Origin: Yuukianura sp. NJ FZ-2021
Lineage: Eukaryota
Direction: 5' to 3'
DNA length: 64,000 nt
NCBI GenBank assembly: GCA_046563655.1
Contig: CM102287.1
Span: 2,108,001-2,172,000, forward strand
The notes beneath the pieces were generated by a model. That model saw only the letters and a list, made by a program, of their open reading frames with translations, searched no databases and had not been told where the DNA came from. This document shows, piece by piece, positions 42,282 through 55,929 of the stretch. Numbering within the stretch: position 1 is the stretch's first letter; every line of letters begins with the position of its first letter. The position numbers and the translations under genes were made by a program.

Positions 42282-45200
42282 ATGGCGCAGACTCCAGAGG
42301 TCAAGTCCCGTCTGAGGATGCAAGTCAAGGGGTTAGAAGTCAACATCAAATTCCTTTTTAACAAAATCAAAGAGTATAAGCAGGATCCCGACAAGGCTAC
42401 TGCTCCTGCTGTTGCTGCTGATCGGAGGAAACTAGAAAAGTACGAGTCAACACTTGCCGAGTTGAGTTCGGAGATTTTCGCTGCATGCAGTAACGAAAAA
42501 GAAGTCACTGAACAGGCTACAGCGCTCAACGTGATCAATGAACTACTTGATGCTATCAACATTGTCTTGAGCTCTGTAGAAGCAGAAGTCGGCAATTCCA
42601 GTACCAAAAGGAAAGTCAACTTGCCAAAACTGCAGCTTCCAACTTTTGACGGAAAATACGAGGATTGGCTTTCCTACCGAGATCTAATTACTACCTACAT
42701 CGTCAAAAACAGTGAACTGACTGGAGGAGAGAAACTCGGCTACTTGAAACCTACATTAAAGGGTGAGGCCGAGAACATCATCAAAAACTTCAACAATACT
42801 AACGGTAATTTCGAAGAGGCATGGAAACTGATCACATCGAGGTATGAAAATAAGAGGGAGATTGTGTTTTCTATTCTGAGGAAACTGTTAAGTTTCAAAG
42901 CGATGAGTAGTGAGAGTCCTCAACAATTGAGGAAGTTAATTGACACATTCAATGAGTCTTTCAGGTCCTTAGCCACACTCAAAGAACCAGTCAACACTTG
43001 GGACTCTATACTTGTGTTCCATCTGATTGAGCGACTTTCATCCGAAATCAAGAGGGAGTGGGCTAAATCCCTGAAAGGGACAGAAGTTCCGAAATTCACA
43101 GAAACAATTGAATTCCTAGAGGACTACTTACGGGGACTTTTGGCTTCTTCTACGGCCACCAGCAAGCCTTCCGCAGCAGAAGGAAGCAAAGCGCACGAGA
43201 AAAAGTCAAACGTTTCATCCCAGCCTGTGACACAACCACAACGATCAAATCAATCTCAACCAAGTTCGAGTCAGTCACAGCCCGTCAGTCAATTACCACA
43301 ATGGAGCCAATCACAGCCACCGAGAGATCCGAATCGACCACAACGGAAATGTCCCGCATGCGACTCTATGGAACATGGGCTCTACCGCTGTGACCAATTC
43401 CTAAATTTGTCGGTGGACGAGAGAGTAAAATTCGTCCGTTCAAAACAATTATGCTTCAATTGTCTCAAACCTAACCACTCAGAGAAGCAGTGCAAGGGGA
43501 AATTCAATTGTCAGAAGTGCAACAAACGTCACCACACTGCTCTGCACTTCGAGAAATCCGGAGAATCACGAGTCGAGGCCTCGCACATCCCTGCGCAGGC
43601 GCAAACAATTACTTCAAATCACTCTTCTTCGTCTAGAGTCTTACTCTCCACCGCGGTGGTAGACGTCAGAGACTCATTTGGTGAGTTCCAGCCATGTCGG
43701 GTACTTCTAGATCAGGGATCCGAGTCCAGCATGATCACGGATCGATGTTTGAGAAGGTTAGGACTCACCAAAACTAAATCAAACATAACCATCACTGGGA
43801 TCTCTGGTACCAAACTTGGTAAAGCCATGGGGGAAACTACATTTTCAATCAGTTCAAGGATAACTAATTATTCACTTGATGTTAATGCCCTAGTTCTCCC
43901 TAGGATTACAGGTACCATACCGTCCTTCAAATGTGAATCCACAGAGTGGCCACACATTAAAGATTTAATGTTGGCAGATCCACAATTTCTGGAGCCTGGA
44001 GAAATTGATATTCTCATCGGGGCAGAATTTGTGGCTTCTCTAAAAACTGGGAGAAAACTGGAGTATTCTTCATCAATGCCCGTGGCTGAGGAAACCAAAT
44101 TTGGTTGGGTAATTTCAGGTCCTGTTAATTTTCCTTCCAAGTTTGTACAGGTCAATCATGTCCGGATTGAGGAGAATGACATTTCAAAATTCTGGGAGAT
44201 CGAGGAGGTACCCACCCGCCAAGTCCTTACAACTGAGGAGAGAGAGTGTGAAGAACATTTCGTTTCGACACAAACAAAAACATCAACTGGAAAATACCAA
44301 GTGAGTTTACCATTCAAAACTAATCATGAGCCTTTAGGTGCGTCTCGTTCCATCGCAATGAGGAGATTCTACAATCTGGAACGGAGACTGGAACACTTAC
44401 CTCATTTCAAACCCGAGTACCATCGATTTATGAGAGAGTACGAAGATTTGGGACATATGGAGCCAGTCCCAGATTCAGAATGTGGAGAGATAATTGGTCG
44501 GACCAATTATTTGCCACATCACTTCGTACTCAAGGAGACAAGCGAGACCACAAAGCTGAGAGTGGTGTTTGACGGATCAGCTAAAACGTCATCTGGATTT
44601 TCCCTAAATCAGTGTTTGATGGTAGGTCCTACTATACAAAACGACATTTTTTCTCATCTTTTGAGTTTTAGGTCAAATCCCATCGCTCTCAAAGCCGACA
44701 TTTCAAAGATGTATAGGCAATTTGAGATGTCCAAGAACGACCGAGACTTCCAACGTATTTTGTGGAGAACATCTAAACTAGAGCCAGTCCGAGAATTCCG
44801 ACTGAAGACCGTCACCTACGGCACGAGTTCAGCACCGTTCCATGCAGTTCGGTGTCTGCATCAAATTGCTAACGATTTTTCTCAGTCTTTTCCTGTAGGT
44901 GCCGAGGTCCTTCGGAAGAACTTTTATGTAGATGATCTCATGGGAGGAGCTACATCTACACAAGAGTCAATTCGTATTTTCCAGGAGTTGACCAATCTGC
45001 TAAAAAATGCAGGTTTGGAAATCACTCAGTGGGATTCAAACGACATTGAGACACTCAAATTCATTCCGAGAGAGTTACAAGGTAAAAACTCTAATTTAAA
45101 ATCTGAGTCCACGAATTTAGTACGTGCTTTAGGTGTCTGCTGGGATTCCGGAAGTGACAGTTTTCACTTTGCCGGATATAGTCCGTCATCCACTGAGAGA

Positions 45201-46356
45201 GCTACGAAACGGAACATCTTATCTTCCATGAGTCGTGTTTTTGACCCCTTGGGGTTCTTAGCTCCATTTACTGTGTCTATTAAGATCTTTTTTCAGAAAC
45301 TTTGGATTCCAATTGATCTAAATGGAACTAAGCACCTCCTGGTTTGGGACGAGGAAGTTCCACCGGAAATGAGAGGCCCATGGATCGAATTCGAGAAGAG
45401 CATCGATCATTTAAAGTTAATCAAAATTCCGAGATTTTTATTTACAGAGAAAGCGGAAGTAACGGAAATCCATGGTTTCTCGGACGGAGCTGAAACGGCA
45501 TATTGTGCAGTCGTTTATGTCCGTTGCATCAGAGGAGACTGTGTCTCAACTAATCTCATCGCATCTAAGACGAAGGTAGCCCCACTAAAACAAATCAGCA
45601 TACCGAGACTAGAGCTATGTGGAGCGTTACTTCTGGCAAGGCTCATCAATCAAGTCACGGAAGCCTTACATCTCAACTGCCAAATCACAACCTGGAGTGA
45701 TAGTGAGATTGTTCTGCACTGGCTGCGGAACTCCTCACGTAAGTTTAAAACTTTTGTTGCAAATAGAATTGCAGAAATTCAAGATGTGCTGCCAGCAAAG
45801 TGTTGGAACTTTGTACCTGGCAAACTCAACCCCGCTGATCTTGGAACCAGAGGTATCAGTGCTGCGGAACTGGTAAATGCAGAGGTTTGGTTCAAAGGAC
45901 CAGAATTTCTTCGAGAACGTGAGTTACCCAATTTTGAGTCAAAAGAGTCAATTGATTTTGATTTAGAATTGAAAACTGAGAAGGTCATAATCAATTCCAT
46001 GTTAATTGACACTTCATTCTTCCAGCGTTTCTCTAACCTTGTCCGGCTCAAGAGAGCTGTGGCATATGTTCTTCGTTTTATCTACAATTCTAGGAAATTG
46101 CAGCCCGGGGAGCGCTGGACAGGTGAACTGTCAGTAGCAGAAATCGATTCCGCCTTTACTACATGCATCAGAGCCAGCCAGAGAGAAGAATTTGCCAAAG
46201 AGATCAGCCGAATCGAGAATGGTAAAATGTTACCTAAACGGAGTCAACTGTCATGCTTAACCCCATTTTTAGACGAGAAAGGAGTACTCAGAATCAAAGG
46301 CAGACTCCATCACTCAAATCTGCCAGAAGAAGAGAAACACCAGATTATTTTATCTG
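42282..46356 (+). CDS. BEL/Pao E gag-pol, 5' part (gag, PR, RT, RNase H)
   Basis: LPKLQLPTFDG, triple knuckles, LLDQGS, FYVDD, GFSDGA; joins the 3' part in frame as HQIILS-GKHQFTNLIIHH. Confidence 0.93.
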
Positions 46357-46801
46357 TGTTATGAAACAGTTCATTTTCATATTCACTAAAGTTCACTAGA
46401 GTTCATTGCTAAAAATAGATCATTGTTAGACTTTTCTTAACAAAAACAACCTATGTACAACTTGTCTTTTGTTGTAGTAATTAGACGTTAAGCCTACAAA
46501 TGATTTCCATACATACAAAGTAGGGTAACTCATGACTCTATTCTACTCCAGTGGTTTCCGGTTGAGACCCTATAAAAAGGGCTCAGTCCGGCCAGCAACA
46601 TTCATTCTGTTTTCTGCTCTTGAGCTCTGGTCAATAGGACTTAGTGTCCTAACTCCCATGCCTTGTCACAAACTTTGTCCGTTGAATAAAGTTCATTAAC
46701 CTTTCATTATTGCAAAACATTGCAAAGACATTAGTAGTGGAAGATTTGTTTCATTTATTTAACCATTTCACTACATTTGGTGGTACGAGCTGCTGAATCC
46801 T

Positions 46802-47688
46802 ATGGCTTCCACAGGAAGCGAAAATGCTCAAACAATGACCTCTGGGTCAACGCATGCGTTGCCCAGAGTTAATGACCTTAAGGCGGTGGTCCGTTCTGTG
46901 CCTCTATTCGATGGCAAATCGAACGTTGACCTGTTGACCCTGAGGTTGGATGCCCTATTGGCGTCAGGTGCTTTGGACAGCGTTACGCTGATCCTAAACT
47001 TCCATCAATTGATGGAAGGAGAAGCACAGGAATGGTGGCGCTGGTCACAGGCCAAGTTCATTCGTGACTTGACCTTGGCCAATGCAGCCACAAGATGGAC
47101 AGAGCTCAAAGCTGAGCTCCGATCTTTTTATGACCCCGATGAGGTCAAATTAGAAATGAAGAAAAATTAAAGGGAATTCTTCTTGTTAACTGCGACACTC
47201 CATCTGAGTATGTCGCCAAACGACTGTCATGTCTGTCGGTCATTGACCCCGACATGTCAGCCGAAAAACAAGTTGAAAAATTGATTAAGGGCTTGCCAGT
47301 TTCCATGAGAAACATGATGACCCTTGTTGACCCTAAGTCACCTGCCGAAATTTTGCAAAAACTAAGAAAATGCGAAAAACCTTCGTTTCAAGACAGACGA
47401 GGTCAATTCCAAAATGCAAATTCTAGTAGTTCCAGTTCTGGAACACAAAAATCAAAAACAAATTCAAATTCCAGTGATGGCAAGGAAACACCTTCAACTT
47501 CAGACACTGATTTGAATAAAAATTCAAATCAGCATTTCAAAAAACGAAAATTTTGCACATTTTGCAAAAAGCCCGGTCATACATTGGATGACTGTTGGCA
47601 TAAAAACAAAACCAAATCGGGAAGTGCTTCTTTCTCCTCAGCAGTTTTACCCGAGGAACAAACTGAGGAGACAAACACAAAAAACTAA
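46802..47688 (+). CDS. gag: Gypsy F gag (frameshift near 47165)
   Basis: PLFDGKS...EAQEWW, CTFCKKPGHTLDDC; A AAA AAC just before the stop, with pol in the -1 frame. Confidence 0.85.
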
Positions 47689-50600
47689 TTGTGACGGGTG
47701 ATTACGCACACCCCAATTTAAAAACAGCGTATGTTTTAAGTTTACAAAAAGTAAACAAACCTAAAATTGTGCAAAATACACTAATATTTGAAAATTCAAA
47801 TTTTTCAAAAAATGAAAATAAATCAAATACTAGCGAAAGTTACGCTAGTAAAGTTAAACAAAATTTAAATAAAGTCAATTATTTTACGGAATCAGTTCCG
47901 GAAACCTCTGTAGAGGGCACTAAAGTGCAAGTACCGTTCAGAAAATGGCGGTACGGTCCAAAACTTTTTACCGAACTTACGTTCGGTGACAAAACTTTCA
48001 AAATTCAAGTTGATGAAGGAGCTAATTTTAGCAGCATCGGCTTGGACTTTTTGAATGACCTCAAAGGTCAAATTCACAAAAGGTACAAAATTCCACCTGT
48101 TATAGTCAATACAGCCAACAGCCAAACAAGCATAGATGAAATGGTTGAATTGAGGTTCCACTTCAACGGTGTACTCACAATTTGGGGATTTCACATAATG
48201 AAGGGACTCAAGCCAAAAATGCTACTTGGGACTGATTGGACAACAAGAGACTTAAATAAACAGGAATTTACAAACATCGATGATGAAATACCAATTACCG
48301 AATGTCCTAAAAATGAGGAAAAGCCTCAATCAAATAAATTCAAACTGACAAAAACAGTACGGCTTCAAGCCAGAATGACCTCCAAGGTCGCTGTTAAGTC
48401 AGATAAAATTATTTCTGGTTCAATTATTATGAATCCCAACATGACACTCTATGACACACAGGCCTTACTTCAACCTTATGTCTATTCAATTGTCAGGGAT
48501 CATGAAACCGAATTATGGATTACAAATTTGAATGACTTTGAAGTGACCTTGAACAAAGGCACAACAATTGCTTATGGCGAAATTTGTCCACCAAAGAAAA
48601 ACATTTATTCATTTACTGAAGATGGCGACACCATCGATTCAGGTGAACAAACTTTTGGAAATTTTGACCCAAAACTAGGAGACAATTTGTCCAATGATGA
48701 GAAAAATGAATTGAGAAATTTGATTAATCAATTTCCTACGCTATTTGCGGAAGATGAGACCGAATTAGGGAAAACTAGCCTTGTTCGTCATCAAATTGAC
48801 ACGGGCACAAATCCTCCAATTAGGAATTATCCCTATCGAGTTTCCTATCCACAAAGAAGCAAAATTAAGGAAAAAATAAATAAGCTTCTTGAAAGTGACA
48901 TTATTGAAGAATCAATTTCTCCTTGGTCATCTCCAGTAATACTCGTTCCTAAAAAGGACGGAAGTTCAAGACTGGTGATTGACTATAGAAAATTAAATGC
49001 AATTACCAAGAAAAACTCTTATCCATTGCCTAGAATGGACGATGCATTGGATAGACTGTCAGGTGCCAAGTACTTTACTGTACTAGATTTGCTATCTGGG
49101 TTCTACCAAATTGAGTTAGACCCAAAAGACAAAGAAAAAACGGCATTTATAACTCCTGACGGCCTTTACCAATTTAAGAGACTTCCTATGGGACTCTGTA
49201 ATGCTCCATCTAGTTTCCAATATTTAATGGATTTGGTTTTATTAAACTTGAAATGGAATATTGTACTCGTTTATTTGGATGACCTTGTTGTTTGGGGAAG
49301 AACTTTTGAGGAGCACAATTCTAGACTCTTCACTGTTCTAAACCGACTGAAAGAAGCGGGCTTAACCCTGAAAATCAGCAAGTGCATTTTTGGAACCAAT
49401 AAACTTAATTATCTGGGCCACATTATTTCAGAAAATGGAATTCAAGTAGATCCGGATAAAACAATTGCAATTGATAATTTTCCAATTCCAAAAAATCAAA
49501 CCGACATTAAATCATTTTTAGGAATGTGCGGTTATTATAGACGCTTCATCCAAAATTTTGGTAGAATTGCAATCCCCCTCACTCTTTTGACAAGAAAAAA
49601 TCAAAAATTTGACTGGGGTGAAAAACAAAATGAAGCCTTTCAAAAATTAAAATCATGTCTGGTCAAAAGTCCAATTTTGTCATACCCAATGGACAATGTC
49701 CCAACGGAAGTGCACTGTGATAGCAGTGGGTATGGGATCGGGGCAACCCTGGTCCAAATCCAAAATGGAAAACCCTGCGTCATAGCTTACGCTAGCCGAA
49801 GTATGACAGAAGCGGAACGAAAATATTCGGGACCCGAACAAGAATGTCTAGCAGTAGTCTTTTCTGTTAAAAAGTTTAGGCCATACATTTATGGAACCAA
49901 GTACACAGTGTACACTGATCACTATGCCCTAAAATGGTTGTTTTCCATTAAAGATGTAAATAGTAGGCTGGCTAGATGGTCAATTACACTGCAAAATCAG
50001 GACATGACTATTGTACATAGACCAGGGAAAACTGCGAATGACGTTGACCCCTTGTCACGTTACCCAGTTGACCCACCAGAGAGCATGGACAGCTCTGAAG
50101 TTCTTGTTTTGGATGGCGTTCCCTGACTTGTTTACAATAAACGAATTAAAAGTCAAACAGAGATCTGACCACTTTTTGAAATCGATTATTCTTTACATTG
50201 AGTCTGTGGAAAATGAAGAATATAATATACCTCAACCTAATGTCAAACAATTACAGGACTATAGTTTACAAAATGGAATTTTATTGTTTCCGAATTTTGC
50301 ACCTTCAGGCAACCAATGGAAAATTGTTGTTCCAAAATGCTTAAGAAAAGCTGTTTTAGATTCTCTGCATTGTGGAGATTTAGCAGGCCATTTTGGAATT
50401 GCGAAAACTTGGGAATCAGTCCGAAGTAGGTTTCATTGGAAAGGAATGTACCGTGATACAAGAAAATATATCCTAGGGTGTGAAGTTTGTCAGAAATTTA
50501 GGAAAAGAATTGGTCCTGAGTATGGTTTGATGCAAAGTTTTCCTGAGGTGACGAAACCCTTCGAAAGAGTGGGAATTGATTGGATTGGACCTTTTGTAAA

Positions 50601-51919
50601 GTCAGAAAATGGCAACAAATATGCTATTGTTTTCATTGACCACTTCACCAGATACTCAGAAACTGTTGCCGCACCAAGTGCGACAGCAGAAGAGGTGGTA
50701 AAAGCCATTAAGTCCAAGATTATTTACACTCACTCTCTTCCAAAGGAATTTGTGGTTGATAGAGGAAGACACTTTACTGCAAATTTAGTAAAAGCTGCAG
50801 CAGAAGAATTTAGCTTTAAGCTAAAATTCACAGCTCCATATCATCCACAAGCCAATGGAATGACAGAAAGATGTAACAAAACTGTCAAGAAAATTATTGC
50901 CAAAACGGTTGATGATAACCACAAAAACTGGGATTTATGCTTAGAGCAAGCGACATTTGCTTACAACATTAAAAAGCATTCATCAACTGAATTTTCCCCA
51001 TTTTATTTGGTTTTTGGTCGAGAAGCAGTTTTACCAATAGATTTACAGCTTCCTAATTTTAATTCTGACCAAGAACTGGATTTTGAGGAATTAGAGTATA
51101 ATAGGCACCAAGCTCAATTAAAATCTAAAGAAAATCATGAAAAGTCAAAATCCCGAGTCAATAAGAATAGGCATCAACATGATTTTCAAGTGGGCGAACT
51201 TGTTTTAAGGTCAAAACCTATTAAAAAGAAAGGCCTCTCAAAAGCGTTCATTGCGCAAAAAGATGGACCTTACAAAATTTTAAAACAAACAAGTCCAGTC
51301 AATTATGAAATTAAAAAGCTAAATAGCAAGTCAAAGAAAGTAATTGTGCATGTCAGAGATTTAGAACATTTTAATTCAGAATTTATGCCCAGCTCTGACA
51401 GTGAAAGTAGCGAAAGTGAGTTCACTGATCATCAGAGTACAAAAGGGAAATCTCTAGACAAGCACAAAGTCTGCAGCAACAGTCCCTCTTTCATCGCCAG
51501 TGGGAAGGGAGAAGAAGCAGTCAGTGAGTCACAGCAACTCCACTCGCTCCACTCATTCTCATGCACGATCAGCTGCAACTTCTGATTTTAAGTCACCAAA
51601 AAGTTACAAAAGTAAACATTCAAATCAAAACAAAAGTCATTCCAGTAGGGAAATTAGTGGACATTCGTCCAGGTCATTGACTAGACGAGTAAGTCACGTA
51701 GACTCAGACAGTGACAGTGTAGGTGATAGTGAAGTGATTGACCTCGACCCTATAAATAGGACTGAAAACGAAGGAGACGACTTTGTCTCAATTTCATCGT
51801 CCTCCGAGGAAGAAATCTCTGCTCCACCATCTCCTCCACCAAGGGTCACTGCCCCTACAAAAAGATCAACTCGTACAAGGAAGGCTCCAGATCGCTACGG
51901 TGATTGGCAGTATGACTAG
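47680..51919 (+). CDS. pol: Gypsy F pol (PR, RT, RH, IN) with frameshifts near 50120 and 51500
   Basis: QVDEGA, VYLDD, CDSSGYGIGA, HHCC, IDWIGP/VDRG/TER, GPY, tail RSTRTRKAPDRY. Confidence 0.9.
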
Positions 51920-52681
51920 TGAAATTGACATGGACACAGAGGAACAGCTTCTTCACATTGATGAAGACAATGGTAAGTTCATTTTCTTTAACTTAGATTC
52001 CTCTTTTGTGTCAAAGGTCAACATTTCACGCTTAGTCATATAACGTCCTGCCTATGACACTCTGTGCAGTGTCATGCAATGAACGGTCATTGCACCTTCT
52101 ACATTTCCTACAATCAACATTTACTAATATTTTCTTTTCTTTTTCTAGGTAATTCCGTCTCCGAGCATCTCCTGTCTACTCCGATGTCACCTATGTCCGT
52201 CAACACCACTTCGTCCACCATTCCGGTTCCGGTTCCGTCTACTTCAAAGGCTCCGTCCGTGCCTCTACTCATCAATTGCAACCCGCCTGATGGGAAGACG
52301 AACTTTGACCGGTGGAGGATTCCTAAAAAACAAACGGTGACGACGACAAGGCCATTGACCGGAGATCAACGGGAGGACCATAACCAATCTACTACGCCCG
52401 TCAGACGACCATTCAACTTCATGCGGATGTCGACTGCCCTGGATCCACCTCCTAAACGGCCTCACTTCAATCCTCAGACCCACCAGAAGTCATCTGGAAA
52501 ACCGGTCGTGGTCCTGGCCGATGTCAAAGACCTCAAGGCAGCCGTCGCATCCATGACATCTCAAACCCCCCACCGACGTCGTCCTCGTCGCTGCTTCTCC
52601 TGCAATCGCTACGGTCACAAGGCTAAGAATTGTTTAATTCAACGACCTCGACGTGCGAACTCAGGAGAGTCGCTTCCCTAA
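51912..52681 (+). CDS. Gypsy F spliced 3' accessory gene (exons 51912-51972 and 52149-52681; 197 aa) with C-terminal CCHC knuckle
   Basis: ATG overlaps the pol end; donor G|GTAAGT; acceptor ttttcttttctttttcTAG|G; join is in frame; CFSCNRYGHKAKNC; stop abuts the PPT. Confidence 0.7.
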
Positions 52682-53113
52682 GGAGGGTAGGATGTTATGA
52701 AACAGTTCATTTTCATATTCACTAAAGTTCACTAGAGTTCATTGCTAAAAATAGATCATTGTTAGACTTTTCTTAACAAAAACAACCTATGTACAACTTG
52801 TCTTTTGTTGTAGTAATTAGACGTTAAGCCTACAAATGATTTCCATACATACAAAGTAGGGTAACTCATGACTCTATTCTACTCCAGTGGTTTCCGGTTG
52901 AGACCCTATAAAAAGGGCTCAGTCCGGCCAGCAACATTCATTCTGTTTTCTGCTCTTGACCTCTGGTCAATAGGACTTAGTGTCCTAACTCCCATGCCTT
53001 GTCACAAACTTTGTCCGTTGAATAAAGTTCATTAACCTTTCATTATTGCAAAACATTGCAAAAGACGTTAGTAGTGGAAGATTTTGTTTCATTTATTTTA
53101 TCTTTTCACTACA

Positions 53114-54349
53114 TCTGGAAAACACCAATTTACAAACCTGATCATTCACCATCGACATCATCTCCTACATCACGCCAATTATCAACACATGTTTGCCAAT
53201 CTGAGACGTGAATTTTGGATCATAAGAGCCAGATCATCAATTCGACGTGAGCTTCACCAGTGTGTCAAATGCAAGAGGATGAGAGCCAAAACATACGAAC
53301 AGATGATGAGCAATTTACCTAAGGAGAGGGTAACACCATCATCTACATTTGAACACACAGGATTGGATTATGCTGGCCCTTTCAAAGCACAAGAGACAAT
53401 AGGCAGAGGCAAGAAGCAGTTCACCGTCTACTTCTGCATTTTCATCTGCTTCAGTACCAAAGCAGTCCATCTTGAGCCGGCAACGGATCTGACCACGGAT
53501 GCATTTCTCGCTGCACTGAAACGATTTGTGTCCAGACGTGGTCTTCCAGTTACCATCAGCTCCGACTGCGGATCAAACTTCGTCGGCGGAGCAAACGAGT
53601 TAGCAGAGTGGGTAAAGTTTATTAAAGGTTCTAATCATGAGATTCATCAGTTTTTAGCCAATCAAGGGATTGACTGGAAGTTCAATCCGCCTGAAGCTCC
53701 GCACATGGGAGGTCTATGGGAGGCTGGAGTTCGAAGTGTGAAGTATCACTTGCGAAGAACCGTTGGATCACAAGTTCTCACACTCGAGGAATTCCATACC
53801 ATACTCACCATGGTCGAAGCTGTGCTAAATTCTCGCCCATTATTCGCCATAACAAATGATCCAGACAGCTACGAGGCTCTTACACCCGGTCACTTCTTAA
53901 TCGGAAAGCCACTCACTGCCGTTCCAGAGCCGAGCCTACTCCATATCAAAGAAAACCGAGCATCCAGATGGCAGAGAGTTCAAATACTTCTGGAGCACTT
54001 TTGGAAGAAATGGAAAGATGACTACATTCATACATTACAAGAGAGACGAAAGTGGAAGGAGCCAATGAAGAACGTAGAAGTTGGTGAATTGGTCCTGATC
54101 AAAGATGATGACGTCACTCCATTACAATGGAAATTGGCCAGAGTCACCCAAGTGTTCCCAGGTCATGACGGTCTCATCCGAACTGTTGAGGTCAACTTTC
54201 GTACAAGTCAACTTGTCAAGAAGGGTCCTAAGGAGGGACAACTAACCAAGTTTCGAGATCACACTTTGAAGAGACCTGTAGTCAAGATCTGTCCCCTTCT
54301 CCCTGTACCACAACCAACCGAAGAAACTGAAGAACCTGCAAGTCCTTAG
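53114..54349 (+). CDS. BEL/Pao E integrase and C-terminal domain (3' part)
   Basis: HHCC, LDYAGP, SDCGSNF, WEAGV, LTPGHFLIG, WKLARV. Confidence 0.93.
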   Translation, partial: SGKHQFTNLIIHHRHHLLHHANYQHMFANLRREFWIIRARSSIRRELHQCVKCKRMRAKTYEQMMSNLPKERVTPSSTFEHTGLDYAGPFKAQETIGRGKKQFTVYFCIFICFSTKAVHLEPATDLTTDAFLAALKRFVSRRGLPVTISSDCGSNFVGGANELAEWVKFIKGSNHEIHQFLANQGIDWKFNPPEAPHMGGLWEAGVRSVKYHLRRTVGSQVLTLEEFHTILTMVEAVLNSRPLFAITNDPDSYEALTPGHFLIGKPLTAVPEPSLLHIKENRASRWQRVQILLEHFWKKWKDDYIHTLQERRKWKEPMKNVEVGELVLIKDDDVTPLQWKLARVTQVFPGHDGLIRTVEVNFRTSQLVKKGPKEGQLTKFRDHTLKRPVVKICPLLPVPQPTEETEEPASP

Positions 54350-55789
54350 GATAAGTGTATTTTAATAATTTCAACTTATTCCAATTCAACTTAGTGTAAG
54401 ATTTACCCCAATTTAACTTAATTCAACTTTATTTATTTTTCTAGAGTAGAGAGCAGAGCACAGAACACATGAGCGAGTAATTCAACTTTAAACATTCAGA
54501 GTACTTTCTCAGAATTGAAGTTACATCTCTTTCTGTAAACCCCGGAGAAAGTTGCAGCGGAGGGTCTCGCAAAGACTCAAGCAGGTACGCTTCCCTGCAG
54601 AGAGACCTAGTCCACCTCTCAAGTCACCCAGAAGCTGCTACCTATCCCCTTCAATCCACCACTTTTCAAAAAACTTCAATTTTGAGATGGTTTTTCTTTT
54701 CAATTTTTAATTGCATTTGGGTTATGTTCCCAAATGAGGCGCCGGTGTTCTGGCAGTTCTGCCAGAAATTATTTTTATTTTAATAATTCTAGGTAAAAGC
54801 GCGCTGACGCTTCTTCTTTTCAAATTCTAAAAATAGTAACTTTTGTCGGTTAGCTTTTCAAACACAAAAACATAAGTAGAGTCTTTTTTAGTCATAAGAA
54901 AAACACAAGCATAAAAAGAGAGTCGCGATTCAACCTTATTACAAGCAACAACTCCATACAAACAACACAGAGTAAAAATGTAACTGCTTGTTTTTAGTTA
55001 AGTAATAAAATAATAAGTATTGGCAATTACAAGTCAAATCAATTTCCACTTCAATTCCACTTCATCTCTTCATACATTCATTCATCAATTTCCATTCAAC
55101 TCGTTACGGAAAGTTAGGATTTGCCCTTCCATCCAAAACAGCGTGTCGTGATTGTTGGTGGCGGAGTGGCAGGACTTGCGTGTGGGGTCAAACTGAGCTC
55201 AGTTCCTGGAATCAATGTGACTCTACTGGAAGCTGCAGATACGATCGGTGGACGGGTCAAATCGGCAGAATTCGGTGAGTTTTGACCTCTTCACTTTTTG
55301 AAAGCAAAATAAAGTTAAACTAAAGTTTCGTTTTTCGTTTTTAGGAGAGGGAGGTCAAGTGGAACTTGGTGCTCAATGGGTACATGGAGAGAATGGAAGT
55401 TTGGGACCAAGTTGGAAATTTCAGAAATTTTTTTTTGTTGATAGGAAGGGTTTTTCTCCCTTCCCATCATTTTTCCCCTCCAAATTTTTTTTTGCAGAAA
55501 ACGATTGGAAATGCAGTGCTGGCAGCACGCCCACCCCACTGGGGACGGGGATGGGGATTATTGGGGTTATCCCCAGGCTCGGAGGTGGGGATTTGGGGCT
55601 GTGTGGGGATTTTGTTTTTTTATCAAAAATGAATGAGTTTTTTGTTGCATGGATCCGGTGTTGAGTATTACATATTATGTATTAATGTATAAAATATATT
55701 ATAGTTATTATAATAGATTTATATAATTAATGTACTACGTATATTATATTACATATTCCAATATCATTTTAATTATATTCTGACATTCT

Positions 55790-55929
55790 ACTAGAGGCGC
55801 ATTTCGTTTGGGAATTGAGAGAAAGAAAACCGTCTCCTTCTCCTGCGTTGCTGTGTATTTAGCATTGAACTCATTGAGAAGAGAGTGGAAAGAGATGGTT
55901 TCTCTTCCCAAACGAATTGCGCCTCTAGT
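55790..55929. mobile_element. Small MITE-like inverted-repeat element
   Basis: actagaggcgcatttcgtttgggaa ... ttcccaaacgaattgcgcctctagt; no clear TSD. Confidence 0.5.

Larger units (their letters stand above)
46357..53113 (+). mobile_element. Ty3/Gypsy LTR retrotransposon F nested in E
   Basis: LTRs 46357-46775 and 52693-53113, 4-bp TSD TCTG, PPT AGGAGGGTAGGA. Confidence 0.95.
41712..55140 (+). mobile_element. BEL/Pao LTR retrotransposon E, split by Gypsy F
   Basis: LTRs 41712-~42104 and 54746-55140, 5-bp TSD GCGTG (41707-41711 and 55141-55145), PBS TGGTGCCGAAA at 42105. Confidence 0.95.
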
